Of a stretch of 35,625 bases of DNA, positions 1 through 9,581 are shown one piece after another. The notes below the pieces were generated by a model, which made no database searches, was not told where the DNA came from, and saw nothing but the letters and a program-made list of their open reading frames with translations. The stretch comes from a virus (lineage: Duplodnaviria; Caudoviricetes). Made by a program: the position numbers and the translations under genes. Position 1 is the first letter of the stretch, and every line of letters starts with the position of its first letter. The stretch lies in the IMG/VR virus record IMGVR_UViG_3300035397_000191, positions 1-35,625 of that record. The stretch is one strand, 5' to 3'.

Positions 1-443
1 CCTTTTTTGTTTGACATTGACAAAACCATGTTAGTAAGTCCGTTTTCGTCTTTGTCTCCAAACCCTGCTTTTTTCTCGTCTTCGGTAAGCTCGACTTTTA
101 TTTCGGCAAATGCATCAGCATAGCGCAAAGATTGTTCTTTAACTTCCCAAGCGAACCGATAAAAATCTATTAATGGGCTTTTCTTTAGCCACTCTTCTTG
201 TTTTTCTTTTACACCGAAAAATATCTCTACATAAGCCAGTAACAAATCTTTTGTGTCTTTAATATCCCATATCCAAGACTGCTGTAATATTGTTATTGCA
301 CTATGTTTCATTGGCTTTATGCCTTGAATTTCTTTAGGCATTGCAAATTTTGAACATTCAAGGAGTAAATCAGTTCCAGCCAGTTGTGCAATTGGTAATA
401 TATTGACTATTTCTTTAAGCTTTGTTTTTTGTGTGATTATCAT
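1..443 (-). CDS. Partial virion morphogenesis protein (runs off left edge)
   Basis: Hand translation MIITQKTKLKEIVNILPIAQ... is open to the window edge; its ATG overlaps the stop of the 440..919 gene. Confidence 0.7.
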   Translation of the reverse strand, partial: MIITQKTKLKEIVNILPIAQLAGTDLLLECSKFAMPKEIQGIKPMKHSAITILQQSWIWDIKDTKDLLLAYVEIFFGVKEKQEEWLKKSPLIDFYRFAWEVKEQSLRYADAFAEIKVELTEDEKKAGFGDKDENGLTNMVLSMSNKK

Positions 444-919
444 AAGAAGTAACTTAACTTATATATTTCGCTATAATAGTCAGTCGGATAGTCAAAATCT
501 TTGCCGGCATTATAAAGTACTTCGCGAATTTCACCAAGCATTTCGACCATATCATTCCACGCTTCATCTTGCTTGTTTTTATATGATATATGAATAGTAT
601 TTTCAGCAGACTGTATTTGCTCTCCTTGCATTGTAGAAGTACTTTGATAGTCTTTTATTACATTGCAGAATACATAATTAGCTATTGGACTTGTAAGCGT
701 TGTTTCATCAACCAATAAAGATGCTACTTCGTCAGGCACTACTTCCGAACCAAACAATTTAACAAGTAATTTTTTTTGATATTTTGCAATGTTAACCATT
801 AGCTTATCATTTTGATAAGCAACTGCCTCGCCTGATGGCGTATTAAGTTCTGCGCTAACTTGCGAATCGGGTAACTCGATTAATCCGTGAAAATATGCAG
901 GTGTGATTAAGTTTTCCAT
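440..919 (-). CDS. Putative head-tail connector/adaptor protein
   Basis: Likely start MENLITPAYF at 919 (the longer ORF runs through a terminator); lies downstream of the capsid gene. Confidence 0.55.
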   Translation of the reverse strand: MENLITPAYFHGLIELPDSQVSAELNTPSGEAVAYQNDKLMVNIAKYQKKLLVKLFGSEVVPDEVASLLVDETTLTSPIANYVFCNVIKDYQSTSTMQGEQIQSAENTIHISYKNKQDEAWNDMVEMLGEIREVLYNAGKDFDYPTDYYSEIYKLSYFL

Positions 920-931
920 TTTATTTTTATT

Positions 932-959
932 AAAAAAGGGCAGCCAATAGACCGCCCTT
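932..959 (-). terminator. Intrinsic terminator
   Basis: Minus strand AAGGGCGGTC-TATT-GGCTGCCCTT followed by a T run. Confidence 0.75.
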
Positions 960-962
960 AAT

Positions 963-1121
963 TTAGTTTTTAACGGTTTTTTTAGGCTTTTCCGCTGTAT
1001 CAATCATATCAGTTGCCACGCCGTTTGCGATTAAGCTTTCCGCATGATTATCAACTAAGAAAGTAACTGTTTCGCCTTTTTTGTGTTTGCAGTGGTCTTT
1101 TAAGAAATAAACTGTTTTCAT
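963..1121 (-). CDS. Small 52-aa head-region protein
   Basis: Hand translation MKTVYFLKDHCKHKKGETVTFLVDNHAESLIANGVA...KPKKTVKN; this kind of small protein commonly follows capsid genes. Confidence 0.7.
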   Translation of the reverse strand: MKTVYFLKDHCKHKKGETVTFLVDNHAESLIANGVATDMIDTAEKPKKTVKN

Positions 1122-1279
1122 TCTAAATAAAGTTTTAGTACTTGATTAGCAACTGTAGTAGTACCAGTTCCTGTTCCAGTCAATGTATATTTATATAAAC
1201 TAAATCGGTTTTCCGTTGCATTACTAACTATAATTGTAGTGTCAGCTGTAGTCCCTTTCCAATTGACTGTACTTCCTAT
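1118..1279 (-). pseudogene. Start-less C-terminal fragment of a beta-rich structural (decoration-like) protein
   Basis: Open frame IGSTVNWKGTTADTTIIVSNATENRFSLYKYTLTGTGTGTTTVANQVLKLYLE*; no ATG; its TGA overlaps the next ATG. Confidence 0.55.
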
Positions 1280-1311
1280 TTTTGTTTTAATTTTTTTATG
1301 TTTATAAATTA

Positions 1312-1335
1312 GTGAGCGTATATTCCAACGCTCAC
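1312..1335 (-). terminator. Stem-loop after major capsid gene
   Basis: GTGAGCGT-N8-ACGCTCAC perfect 8-bp stem; weak T tail. Confidence 0.55.
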
Positions 1336-1342
1336 ATTATTT

Positions 1343-2602
1343 TTATACGGCTGTGATTGCAGTTTTAGCAGCTTCAATATCACTTATTTTAACGAAATTA
1401 TTTTTGTGTGCTTTCACAAATTGCATCCCATAAAACTCGCCACGGATAGCATAGCGGTTTTTCTGAAAGTCATCGTTAATCCATCCTATTTCAAACTCGA
1501 TATTTTTAACAAAGTTGAAAGTTGCTTTCGTGAAGTCCCCAATCAATACTTCTTTTTCTGTCAAATATTCTGTTTCGATAATTGGTATGTTTTTCAACGT
1601 CTTGTTAGCATTGGTAATCCATGTAGGCAAAAGGTAGTTTCCGTTTTCGTCTTTCTGCAAATCCAAATCGTTTACTTTATCAATTGACATAAGTATAGCA
1701 GTAGGACGTTGACCTCTTACGGCTTTTCGAGATTGTTTCCATGCTTTTAACAAAACATCCCACAAAGTTGCTTTTGGCAATTGAATACCTGCTGTTACAA
1801 ATTCAGTAGCATAGATAGATTTCAAACCGTTAATTTCTGTTGTGCCTGCACCGTTGATGATAGCATCGTTGTATTTGTTAATCAACTCGTCCATCAATTC
1901 TTTGCGAACTTCCTGCTCCAATGTAGGATAGTTCCAAGTTGCTATCTTAGAGATAGGAACTATTGCAGCAATACATTTAGCGGTAACTTCTTTTTCAGCC
2001 CAATTGTAGTCAATGAAAGGTTTAGCATCACCCTCAGCAACATAAGCAGGTGAACCCTCTTTTTTATTACGTTCCATCCATACATAAGGGTTTGATCCTA
2101 CTCCACCATTCATTTCATTAATTAATGAAGATGGCAAAAATTCAGGTAAAACAGGGGATGCATCAACAACAGTATCACGATAGCCCAATGACTTAGGAGC
2201 TACAATGTTAGCCATTGTTATGGGGGCAGCAGAGCGTACTGTAATTTTAACAGAACCACTGTTTTGAGTTGCCAAGATAGCGTCTTTATTAGCCTCAAAC
2301 TCTGTGCGGAATGAATCCCAAAAACCAACTGGTTTGTTATTACTTGAACGCATACCATCAACTGTATTTTGTAATGATACGATTGTTTCTGCTACGGTTT
2401 TACCATTACCTAAATCGCCAAGTTTTTCACCAATGATTGTTGTTGCTTGATTTTCTAAATCAGCACGCAAAGTTTCGTTTTCTTTCTGCATTGCATCGTA
2501 TAAGCCACCAGCAAGTTGTTCAGCTCCTTGTAATTGTTCAGCTGTGTAACCTTTTGCTTTAAAGTCAGCTCGCATACTTTCTATAAATACTTCCTTTTTC
2601 AT
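1343..2602 (-). CDS. Major capsid protein, HK97 fold
   Basis: ~419 aa from MKKEVF; motifs VAEGDAKP, IINGAGTTEINGL, KDENGNYL, IGDF, DDFQKNRYAIRGE; follows portal and protease. Confidence 0.93.
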   Translation of the reverse strand: MKKEVFIESMRADFKAKGYTAEQLQGAEQLAGGLYDAMQKENETLRADLENQATTIIGEKLGDLGNGKTVAETIVSLQNTVDGMRSSNNKPVGFWDSFRTEFEANKDAILATQNSGSVKITVRSAAPITMANIVAPKSLGYRDTVVDASPVLPEFLPSSLINEMNGGVGSNPYVWMERNKKEGSPAYVAEGDAKPFIDYNWAEKEVTAKCIAAIVPISKIATWNYPTLEQEVRKELMDELINKYNDAIINGAGTTEINGLKSIYATEFVTAGIQLPKATLWDVLLKAWKQSRKAVRGQRPTAILMSIDKVNDLDLQKDENGNYLLPTWITNANKTLKNIPIIETEYLTEKEVLIGDFTKATFNFVKNIEFEIGWINDDFQKNRYAIRGEFYGMQFVKAHKNNFVKISDIEAAKTAITAV

Positions 2603-2612
2603 TTTGTTAATT

Positions 2613-3209
2613 TTAATTATTTTTTGTAAATATATTTTTAAGTAAATCTTTTTCAATAATTGGCTTGATTACATCGCCCTCTACTTTTGCATCGCTTCTT
2701 AATGTGCAAGCAACATCGGCTGGCTCGGGTGCGAATGCTACGTGTTTCGGCTCCCATTTTAGGGCAGTATATGAAACATTACCATCAACATCTAATCGCA
2801 TTACATTATGAATTGCACATCCTATTGATACAGACTTTAATACATTATTTTCAATATCCAATAATAAAGCTTCGTCAGCTCTTGCACCGAGTTTGAATGT
2901 AGCAACAATTTGACCGTTACCTATTTCGTAACTTGTTGAAATTCCCCTTAAATCTTCGGCTTCACGTTCCCAATGGCTTTCAAATAATGGCAACCCACTA
3001 TCTAATCTGTCAGTCATTACTGCATCAGGTGAGCATCGCAATACTTCGGTAAACTCTTCATACATATCGGCATATTTATAGCCTTGTAATTTTATAGGAT
3101 TTTCAGTCGCAATAACAGCAGTAAAACTTCTATCTTCACGATTAACAGTAAAAGCTGCATCACTGCGAAAGGTTTCAAATCCTAAGTTTTTAGTTTCCGT
3201 ATTTTTCAT
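2613..3209 (-). CDS. Prohead maturation protease (HK97-type)
   Basis: LFESH and LKSVSIG catalytic-like motifs, VAFAPEPAD; lies between portal and capsid. Confidence 0.85.
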   Translation of the reverse strand: MKNTETKNLGFETFRSDAAFTVNREDRSFTAVIATENPIKLQGYKYADMYEEFTEVLRCSPDAVMTDRLDSGLPLFESHWEREAEDLRGISTSYEIGNGQIVATFKLGARADEALLLDIENNVLKSVSIGCAIHNVMRLDVDGNVSYTALKWEPKHVAFAPEPADVACTLRSDAKVEGDVIKPIIEKDLLKNIFTKNN

Positions 3210-4452
3210 ATAATTTGTTTAATTGCATTGTTGTATCAATTCCGGCATCTCTTAAAGCAGTTAAATTTTCAATTAGTATCTTATCTGATTCTAGTTCTAA
3301 CTTTCTGTTCGATTGTAGAAAACCTATATTGTCTGTTTTTACTGCAATTTTTTCATTTGTTAAACCGAACATATTTGTCAAATCATTACAAATATCATTT
3401 GCATAAGTAACGGCAATATCTGACCATATTTTTGCTTCGGCAACTTCCTTATTTGTGAAAGTAGTACCATCTTTTAAAGGTAGCAAATCCTTATCAACAC
3501 CGAATACCCCTGCAATAGCTAAGAAATTAGCAACAGTCTCTTCGAGTGGCATTAAATCCTTTATGCTTACTAATGTGTTAAGTCCTGCTAATGGTGTATC
3601 TGATACGGCTTTTATTTGTCTGTCCCCTGTTAATCCAAAACGATTATTCATATCTTTAATAATATCATCTCGTTTTGCTGGATTAAGTGCCGCAGCTAAA
3701 TCATTCTGATTTTTTTGCTGTGGGAATAAAATGTAAGCAGTTCCATTATTTACATAAACATTATATCTAGCCTGATATACAGCTAAAAGATTATCAACAT
3801 TATTCTTTGCAGCATACAAAGGGCTTAAACACCTGTAATCAGATGCGCTCCTATCTTTCATATAACTCTTTGAATGAATTATGAATTTAGGTTTTATCTT
3901 GTCATTTGTCAAAGAATAATCATAATAATCAATATAATCTTCTATTGTAGCAGCTTTCAGCTTATCAAATTCAGTAGTCTTTAATTGAATTTGTATTTTG
4001 TCAGGCTGCAATAATAGTATTGATTGAACATTGTCTTTAGTAATTTTTTCTGTGTCTTGTGGACACTTGAAATATAAATATCCATTACCATCTGACAATT
4101 CAGAAAACACAAAGTTATAAATCAAATCAGTTAAAGAACCATCGTATATGTTTGGTTTTGAGAATAACCGCTGCATATTGCTATTCATTTTCACCTCTTT
4201 GCCTGCACTGTTTTGAAGATGTACTGTATCAAATAATTTAGCTACCTTTTCAGCAATACAGTCAATTACAAAAAAAACTTCTGCTAATTGGCTCGCAATA
4301 GTGTATCCGTTATCATTTGAAAGTATTAATGGCGTTGATTGTTCAGAGACGTTAATATATGTAAAAAACGAACCATCCTGCAATTGCGTAAATCGCGCAT
4401 TTTGTTGCGGTTGCTCTGCTTTTTTTCGTCTTAGAAAATCTAACCCTGCCAT
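3190..4452 (-). CDS. Portal protein (HK97 family)
   Basis: ~420 aa from MAGLDF; motifs KPNIY, DGNGY, LLQPD, IIH, SPL, IAGVFGV, TFTNKEVA. Confidence 0.9.
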   Translation of the reverse strand: MAGLDFLRRKKAEQPQQNARFTQLQDGSFFTYINVSEQSTPLILSNDNGYTIASQLAEVFFVIDCIAEKVAKLFDTVHLQNSAGKEVKMNSNMQRLFSKPNIYDGSLTDLIYNFVFSELSDGNGYLYFKCPQDTEKITKDNVQSILLLQPDKIQIQLKTTEFDKLKAATIEDYIDYYDYSLTNDKIKPKFIIHSKSYMKDRSASDYRCLSPLYAAKNNVDNLLAVYQARYNVYVNNGTAYILFPQQKNQNDLAAALNPAKRDDIIKDMNNRFGLTGDRQIKAVSDTPLAGLNTLVSIKDLMPLEETVANFLAIAGVFGVDKDLLPLKDGTTFTNKEVAEAKIWSDIAVTYANDICNDLTNMFGLTNEKIAVKTDNIGFLQSNRKLELESDKILIENLTALRDAGIDTTMQLNKLYEKYGN

Positions 4453-4460
4453 TAATTTAA

Positions 4461-4480
4461 TTATTTTTTGCAAATATATA
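4461..4480 (-). promoter_or_regulatory. Bacteroidota-type -7 promoter (TATATTTG) for the head operon
   Basis: TTATTTTTTGCAAATATATA, identical to 33261-33280; the minus strand reads TAnnTTTG. Confidence 0.7.
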
Positions 4481-4501
4481 TAGCAATTAAAAATAATGTA
4501 T

Positions 4502-4509
4502 TATATTTG
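4502..4509 (+). promoter_or_regulatory. -7 promoter element for plus-strand insert
   Basis: TATATTTG upstream of the 4538 ORF. Confidence 0.55.
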
Positions 4510-4537
4510 TCATCAATATGACAATAAATGTAATTAT

Positions 4538-4831
4538 ATGATACTATCAATAATTGATTATCAATTAGAATTCCATCCTACTAAGTCAACAAGAACAGTA
4601 TTAAGGATGGTTAAAGGAGGATTAATGCCAAGTAATCATATAATAATAAAAGGGTTTAATAATCCTATATTGATTCAGGTTATTGAAGATAAGGATATTG
4701 AATTACATTACTATCCGTATGTTGTAGATTTTCTAAAAAATAAGGTTACTACTCACGAAACGGCAGCTTACTTTTGCTGTGAAAATAATCTTAATATGAA
4801 ACTCTTTTGTAAATTAGCAAAATTGAAATGA
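4538..4831 (+). CDS. Hypothetical protein (accessory insert between TerL and portal)
   Basis: ORF track 4496..4831; start moved downstream of the promoter. Confidence 0.55.
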   Translation: MILSIIDYQLEFHPTKSTRTVLRMVKGGLMPSNHIIIKGFNNPILIQVIEDKDIELHYYPYVVDFLKNKVTTHETAAYFCCENNLNMKLFCKLAKLK

Positions 4832-4832
4832 T

Positions 4833-5000
4833 ATGATATGCCCAAGCGGAAAGGTTCAATTTAAAACTTGTCAGGATGCGGTTATATTCAACAAGGCGAA
4901 CGGATCAAAGTATGGAGAGTATTACAATGTTTATCGTTGTACGTATTGTAATGACTTTCACTTAGCGAGTAGAGAGAAAAAAGTTAAACGAATAAAATAA
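4833..5000 (+). CDS. Small zinc-binding phage protein, 55 aa
   Basis: Hand translation MICPSGKVQF...VYRCTYCNDFHLAS; C...CxxCxxxH pattern. Confidence 0.7.
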   Translation: MICPSGKVQFKTCQDAVIFNKANGSKYGEYYNVYRCTYCNDFHLASREKKVKRIK

Positions 5001-5015
5001 ATAATAAATAAAACA

Positions 5016-5309
5016 ATGAAAAAAACTATTTTAATTCTTGCATTAATTCTTGCATCTTGCACAGCAGATGTAGATGTTCATATCGTTTTAAACGACTATC
5101 TTTTTACTCAAATTGTTCATACAACTTACGGTTTTACACCAACTAAACCAACTGGAAAGATTTATACAAGTGAATCAACTTTTACTATGTTACAAATTAC
5201 AGAGGACCATGCAAAAGAGGTTTGTAAAGAAAAAACTTATACAAGTAGTTCATATACAAGTAATTATAGAGTTAGTAGTGTTACTACATACGTTGTAATT
5301 AATAAATAA
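5016..5309 (+). CDS. Predicted lipoprotein
   Basis: MKKTILILALILASC signal peptide II with LASC lipobox. Confidence 0.75.
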   Translation: MKKTILILALILASCTADVDVHIVLNDYLFTQIVHTTYGFTPTKPTGKIYTSESTFTMLQITEDHAKEVCKEKTYTSSSYTSNYRVSSVTTYVVINK

Positions 5310-6675
5310 CACTCCCGAACTTCACCTTTAGCACCTTTGCTGCCGAACAAAGTACATCGATTGCATCCATTTTGTGATTATTATTGCCCTTAATATAATA
5401 GCTTGTTAAGTCTTTTATGAATTGGTAGTATTGTGGATTACTCTTGTAATTACTATCAAATACAAAGTGTTTTTGTACAAATTCATAGTTTGATAAAATA
5501 CGCACTTCCTTTGGCTCTGTGGACGTGAACGGCAATAGTTTGGTTAACCCTTGTATTTTCTCTTTTAGTGTCAACACTGCCGCCAAACCTACCCCGTTAG
5601 CTTCCACAATACACTCGTCTATCATGTATTGATGCAATTTATTTATTATTAATCCTGTGTTAGCAATTATACCTGCTTCATTGCAAATACAGTCTTTAAC
5701 ATAGCACGTTAATTTTTTATTACTAAAATCAACAAACATAAAAGGCATGGCATATTTATCGCCACCCTTATCGGCAGGGTCTCCAACACTTAACCGGTAT
5801 GTATAATGTGTTTGATTGATATTGCTTAAATCGTCAAAGCGCAAAGATGACAAAGGTAACAAAAGACCTTCCGCCTCAACTGGGGTCTGCATATATTCAG
5901 CATTCCATATTGACGAATCAATATCTGATTTTATTTTTAAGTATTCGGCTGTGCTTTTAACATCCTCGCAAAATGATTGATTATTTTCGTTTAAAGCAGG
6001 AATTATAGTAATACTTTTCAAGTCACCGCTTTCTATTGCTTCACCAATAATATCATTCTTTGTCCAACGTGTGCCAATATAAATCTCCGGACAGTTCTTT
6101 TCTTTTCGGCTATCGTGTGCTGATTGTTTCCAACTCTTTGTTGACTGTTGCACCTGACTTGACATTGCATCGGTCATCGACTTGTACAAATCGTCTGTGA
6201 TTGCAAGATTAGCACCGAATCCAATAATCGAACCCCCAACACCAGCACCGAAGTAACTCACTTGTTTTGCGGTAGATAAGTTCCAGCCGCCTACATTTTG
6301 CTTATCGGGCTGTAAACTTATTTCGGTAAATACTTCTTTTAATTTTGTATCTCTGAATAATGCCCTTGTATCATAACTAAATTTATCATATAGAGTTGCG
6401 GTACAAGTGTTTCGCATTACTGACAAGGTAGGGAAACGACACAACCAATAAGCAGCAAATAATGAAGTAATATAAGACTTTCCAGCACGTGGTGGCATTG
6501 ATACTGAAATCTTTATTGCATTGCCTTTTTCGTATTGAATTATAACTTCATTCATAGCATCTGCAACATCTATAAGAAAACGTCTTTTATTATAAAATTC
6601 GTAATCCATAAATAGACAAAACGACCAAAAATCTTTTTGAGCGAGTTGTTTTAAAGTTGCATTTCCTAAATACAT
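5299..6675 (-). CDS. terL: Terminase large subunit
   Basis: Walker A MPPRAGKS, ITDD Walker B, IGTRW, EYMQTP, GDPA nuclease Asp, IVEANGVG, HKMDAID. Confidence 0.95.
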   Translation of the reverse strand: MYLGNATLKQLAQKDFWSFCLFMDYEFYNKRRFLIDVADAMNEVIIQYEKGNAIKISVSMPPRAGKSYITSLFAAYWLCRFPTLSVMRNTCTATLYDKFSYDTRALFRDTKLKEVFTEISLQPDKQNVGGWNLSTAKQVSYFGAGVGGSIIGFGANLAITDDLYKSMTDAMSSQVQQSTKSWKQSAHDSRKEKNCPEIYIGTRWTKNDIIGEAIESGDLKSITIIPALNENNQSFCEDVKSTAEYLKIKSDIDSSIWNAEYMQTPVEAEGLLLPLSSLRFDDLSNINQTHYTYRLSVGDPADKGGDKYAMPFMFVDFSNKKLTCYVKDCICNEAGIIANTGLIINKLHQYMIDECIVEANGVGLAAVLTLKEKIQGLTKLLPFTSTEPKEVRILSNYEFVQKHFVFDSNYKSNPQYYQFIKDLTSYYIKGNNNHKMDAIDVLCSAAKVLKVKFGSVIY

Positions 6676-6972
6676 TTATCTTTGTTTTATTTCTTGAAGT
6701 GCTTTTTTAAATTGTTCGTCAGTTAGTTGTACAGGAACTTCATTGATTATTTCAGTTGTAGCATCAATAACTTGTTTAGGCTGCCCATATCTATAACCTA
6801 ACCATGTTTTAATTGCCTGTATATCGCACTCCTCTACTAACTTAGCTAATGAATCCCATACAGTATCAGGTACAAGCCTTTTATCCATTTGTTCAATCAT
6901 GGAAATCACATCGTTTTTTTTCAAACGACCTGAATTTTCTCTTGCACCTCCATGATTATTTTTCTTTTCCAT
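6676..6972 (-). CDS. terS: Terminase small subunit (putative)
   Basis: HGGARENSGR motif, AIKTWLGYRYGQPKQ; directly upstream of TerL; start MEKKNN lies downstream of CAAATATA at 7023-7030. Confidence 0.75.
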   Translation of the reverse strand: MEKKNNHGGARENSGRLKKNDVISMIEQMDKRLVPDTVWDSLAKLVEECDIQAIKTWLGYRYGQPKQVIDATTEIINEVPVQLTDEQFKKALQEIKQR

Positions 6973-7141
6973 TTTGAAAAAATTTGAAATCCAAGTATTC
7001 CTATTATAATATTTATTAACCACAAATATAGTGTATATTTTATTACAAACAAAATAATATTACATATATTTTATATTAGTTTAATTATCAATTACTTACA
7101 AAACAAAGTAATACAATGTAACAAAGTATTTGTATAATTAC

Positions 7142-7172
7142 TTGTACGGTATTATAATTTTATATATCTTTG
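7142..7172 (+). promoter_or_regulatory. Early rightward promoter
   Basis: TTG-N20-TATCTTTG matches the Bacteroidota -33/-7 consensus; TATCTTTGTATCA recurs at 15717. Confidence 0.7.
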
Positions 7173-7210
7173 TATCATAAAAATAAGACAAGCAATTTAA
7201 AAAAAACATT

Positions 7211-7411
7211 ATGAAAAAACAAAAAGTAACAGGGACAATTTGGCATGAAAAGTTTTCTGAAAAGAAAAATGAGCTAAAATTAAGCTACCGAAAATTGTCT
7301 GAAATTACTAGTATTCCACACTCTACAATTTCGTATTATTGTAATACTGAATGTAAGATCCCGTATGATAATTTTATTAAATTAACAAAAACATTAAAAA
7401 TTAAATTATGA
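7211..7411 (+). CDS. XRE/Cro-like HTH regulator
   Basis: LSYRKLSEITSIPHSTISYY HTH pattern; first gene of the early operon. Confidence 0.8.
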   Translation: MKKQKVTGTIWHEKFSEKKNELKLSYRKLSEITSIPHSTISYYCNTECKIPYDNFIKLTKTLKIKL

Positions 7412-7704
7412 AAAAAACAGTCTATAACAATAAAACTGCCCTTGGAGGAATTATATTAGCAGAAATTGGGTGCGATTATTATAAAGTATTGTGGAACGAT
7501 GGTACTGAGTCAATAGTCAATATCAATGAAATTGAAACAAGTAAGTTTAAAAGATTAATATATTATCTACCTAATTTACAATTTAGGATTGAAAATAATA
7601 TTGATACATTTATGGAAGATAAAAGGCTAGATACTTTCATTGTTAAAATTATAGCAGTAGGATTTTTAGCTTTAACATTAGCCTTAATTTTAACAATATT
7701 ATGA
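7408..7704 (+). CDS. Hypothetical protein, C-terminal TM helix
   Basis: ATGA-coupled ORF with hydrophobic C-terminus. Confidence 0.65.
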   Translation: MKKTVYNNKTALGGIILAEIGCDYYKVLWNDGTESIVNINEIETSKFKRLIYYLPNLQFRIENNIDTFMEDKRLDTFIVKIIAVGFLALTLALILTIL

Positions 7705-7873
7705 AAAGACGAATAAGGATAATAAAAAAATCTTTAACCGCTCGTTTTTGTTATGAGTGTGAAAAAGAAAAGACAAACAACGGTCAGATATATTGCGATA
7801 CTTGTTGCGATATAATTGACAAAATAAATAAAGATATTGAAAATACAAATAACAATTTAAACAGTTATAGATA

Positions 7874-8134
7874 ATGGAAACAAATAAAAAAGAACGAAAA
7901 AAAAGGACTCCAAACCCTAATTTACCTAAAAACTGCGGTTTTAGGGTAGGTATAGGTGAATTTTTTTGGAGCATTGTGAAAAAAAATGATTACTTAGAAC
8001 CTTTTGAACGATTTGAAACAGAAAAAAGCATAAAACAAAAAAATTCTGTCAACTCTATTTTAGCAGAAAATGGAAATTATTATAGGACAAAAGAAGATTG
8101 TCTTTATCGTATTAACTTTTTAAAAATAAAATAA
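7874..8134 (+). CDS. Hypothetical protein
   Basis: ORF in coupled early operon. Confidence 0.65.
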   Translation: METNKKERKKRTPNPNLPKNCGFRVGIGEFFWSIVKKNDYLEPFERFETEKSIKQKNSVNSILAENGNYYRTKEDCLYRINFLKIK

Positions 8135-8433
8135 TGGAAATAACAATTAGAAGAGACGTAAAAGTAGAAGAGAAAGTAAATATTAACTTTCCTTATTTCA
8201 CAAAAACAGAAATACATAATTTTTTCTTTATTAATGAAAAAGAATGTATTAAGGTAACTGATTTTTTTGATGGATTTTCAATTGAATATTTAACTAAATA
8301 TCCTGAAAGCTGGCTTGTGGCAGAGCCATCTACTAAAGATGAATTTATTTCTGCATACAAAGAGGTAAATGTAGAACAAATAAATTTATTTAATAAAATA
8401 TTCATAGAGCCAAATGAACTACCTAAAACGTAA
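8134..8433 (+). CDS. Hypothetical protein
   Basis: TAATG-coupled ORF. Confidence 0.65.
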   Translation: MEITIRRDVKVEEKVNINFPYFTKTEIHNFFFINEKECIKVTDFFDGFSIEYLTKYPESWLVAEPSTKDEFISAYKEVNVEQINLFNKIFIEPNELPKT

Positions 8434-8647
8434 CGATAATCACCTTTGGGCAGTTCCTGACGACCGGAACAACAACGGACTATATGAAATCCTATGTGTA
8501 ACAATAGCAAGCGAAAAAACTGCTATTGAAACGGCAAAATTAACAAGAGGTTTTTTTGAACCTTATACTAAAATTGATAAAGCAGAATTTGATTTAGCTT
8601 TTGAAAAAGCAAAAGAAATATTAATTAACAAATTTAAAGAATTATAA
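8414..8647 (+). CDS. Hypothetical protein
   Basis: Overlapping ORF in early operon. Confidence 0.6.
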   Translation: MNYLKRNDNHLWAVPDDRNNNGLYEILCVTIASEKTAIETAKLTRGFFEPYTKIDKAEFDLAFEKAKEILINKFKEL

Positions 8648-8649
8648 TT

Positions 8650-9579
8650 ATGTTAGACGAAAAAAACGAAATTACAAAAACACGTATTGGAGGGCTAGGT
8701 AGTTCAGATGCAAAAATGGTTGCTAAAATTGGCAGAAATGGTATTTTAGGCGATTCAGATAGAAAAAGAATTGCAATAATGCTGGGGTTAGACGAACAAA
8801 AACAGTTCACATCAATTGCAACAGAACACGGTAATTTTATTGAAAATAGTATTTTTAAATTATTAACATCAAAATACAATAATGCATTATCAAACCCATA
8901 TACTAAGCATGATATGCTTTCGGATAAATACGGATTTGATATTTTCAATCACATTGATTATGAAGTTCAAACTAATGATAAACTAATTTGGTTTGAATGC
9001 AAAGCAACAAATAAAAATATTGATGATACTATTAATGATTACATCCATCAATTACAATGGCATACTGTAATTGGAGAAAATAAAGCTAGTAAACTAGGTT
9101 TGAAATTTGAGCTTTATATTGTTCACTATTTTGATGTTGAAAAAGAGTTTATTTTTAATTCGGATAATTTTGAAATAAAATTAATTGATATTCATTTTGA
9201 AAAAGAAATTATTTCAAAAGGTCTTGAAATAATTTCAGATGAAATAAAAAAAGGTTTTGAATATGAAAAGCGTTCTGAATTATTTTTGTCTGATTTACCT
9301 GAAAAGTGGCAAAATGAAGCATACGAGATTCAACAAATTTTGATTCGTAAAAAATATGAAGAGCAAAAAGTAGAAGAGTTTAAAATAAAACTTTCTGAAA
9401 TTATGGGTAAAAATAATATTAAGTCTATTGTTAATGATTTTTTTTCAATTACTTATGTTTCAGAAACACTATCAACAAAATTTGATTCAAAAAAACTTAT
9501 GGCAGAAATGCCTGAAATTTACGAAAAATATACAAAAATAAGTCCGGTTAAACAATCAATAAGATTAAAAATAAAGTAA
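8650..9579 (+). CDS. YqaJ/lambda-exonuclease-like recombination nuclease
   Basis: RIGGLGSSDA, HGNFIE, HID...WFECKA, QLQW motifs. Confidence 0.85.
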   Translation: MLDEKNEITKTRIGGLGSSDAKMVAKIGRNGILGDSDRKRIAIMLGLDEQKQFTSIATEHGNFIENSIFKLLTSKYNNALSNPYTKHDMLSDKYGFDIFNHIDYEVQTNDKLIWFECKATNKNIDDTINDYIHQLQWHTVIGENKASKLGLKFELYIVHYFDVEKEFIFNSDNFEIKLIDIHFEKEIISKGLEIISDEIKKGFEYEKRSELFLSDLPEKWQNEAYEIQQILIRKKYEEQKVEEFKIKLSEIMGKNNIKSIVNDFFSITYVSETLSTKFDSKKLMAEMPEIYEKYTKISPVKQSIRLKIK

Positions 9580-9581
9580 TT

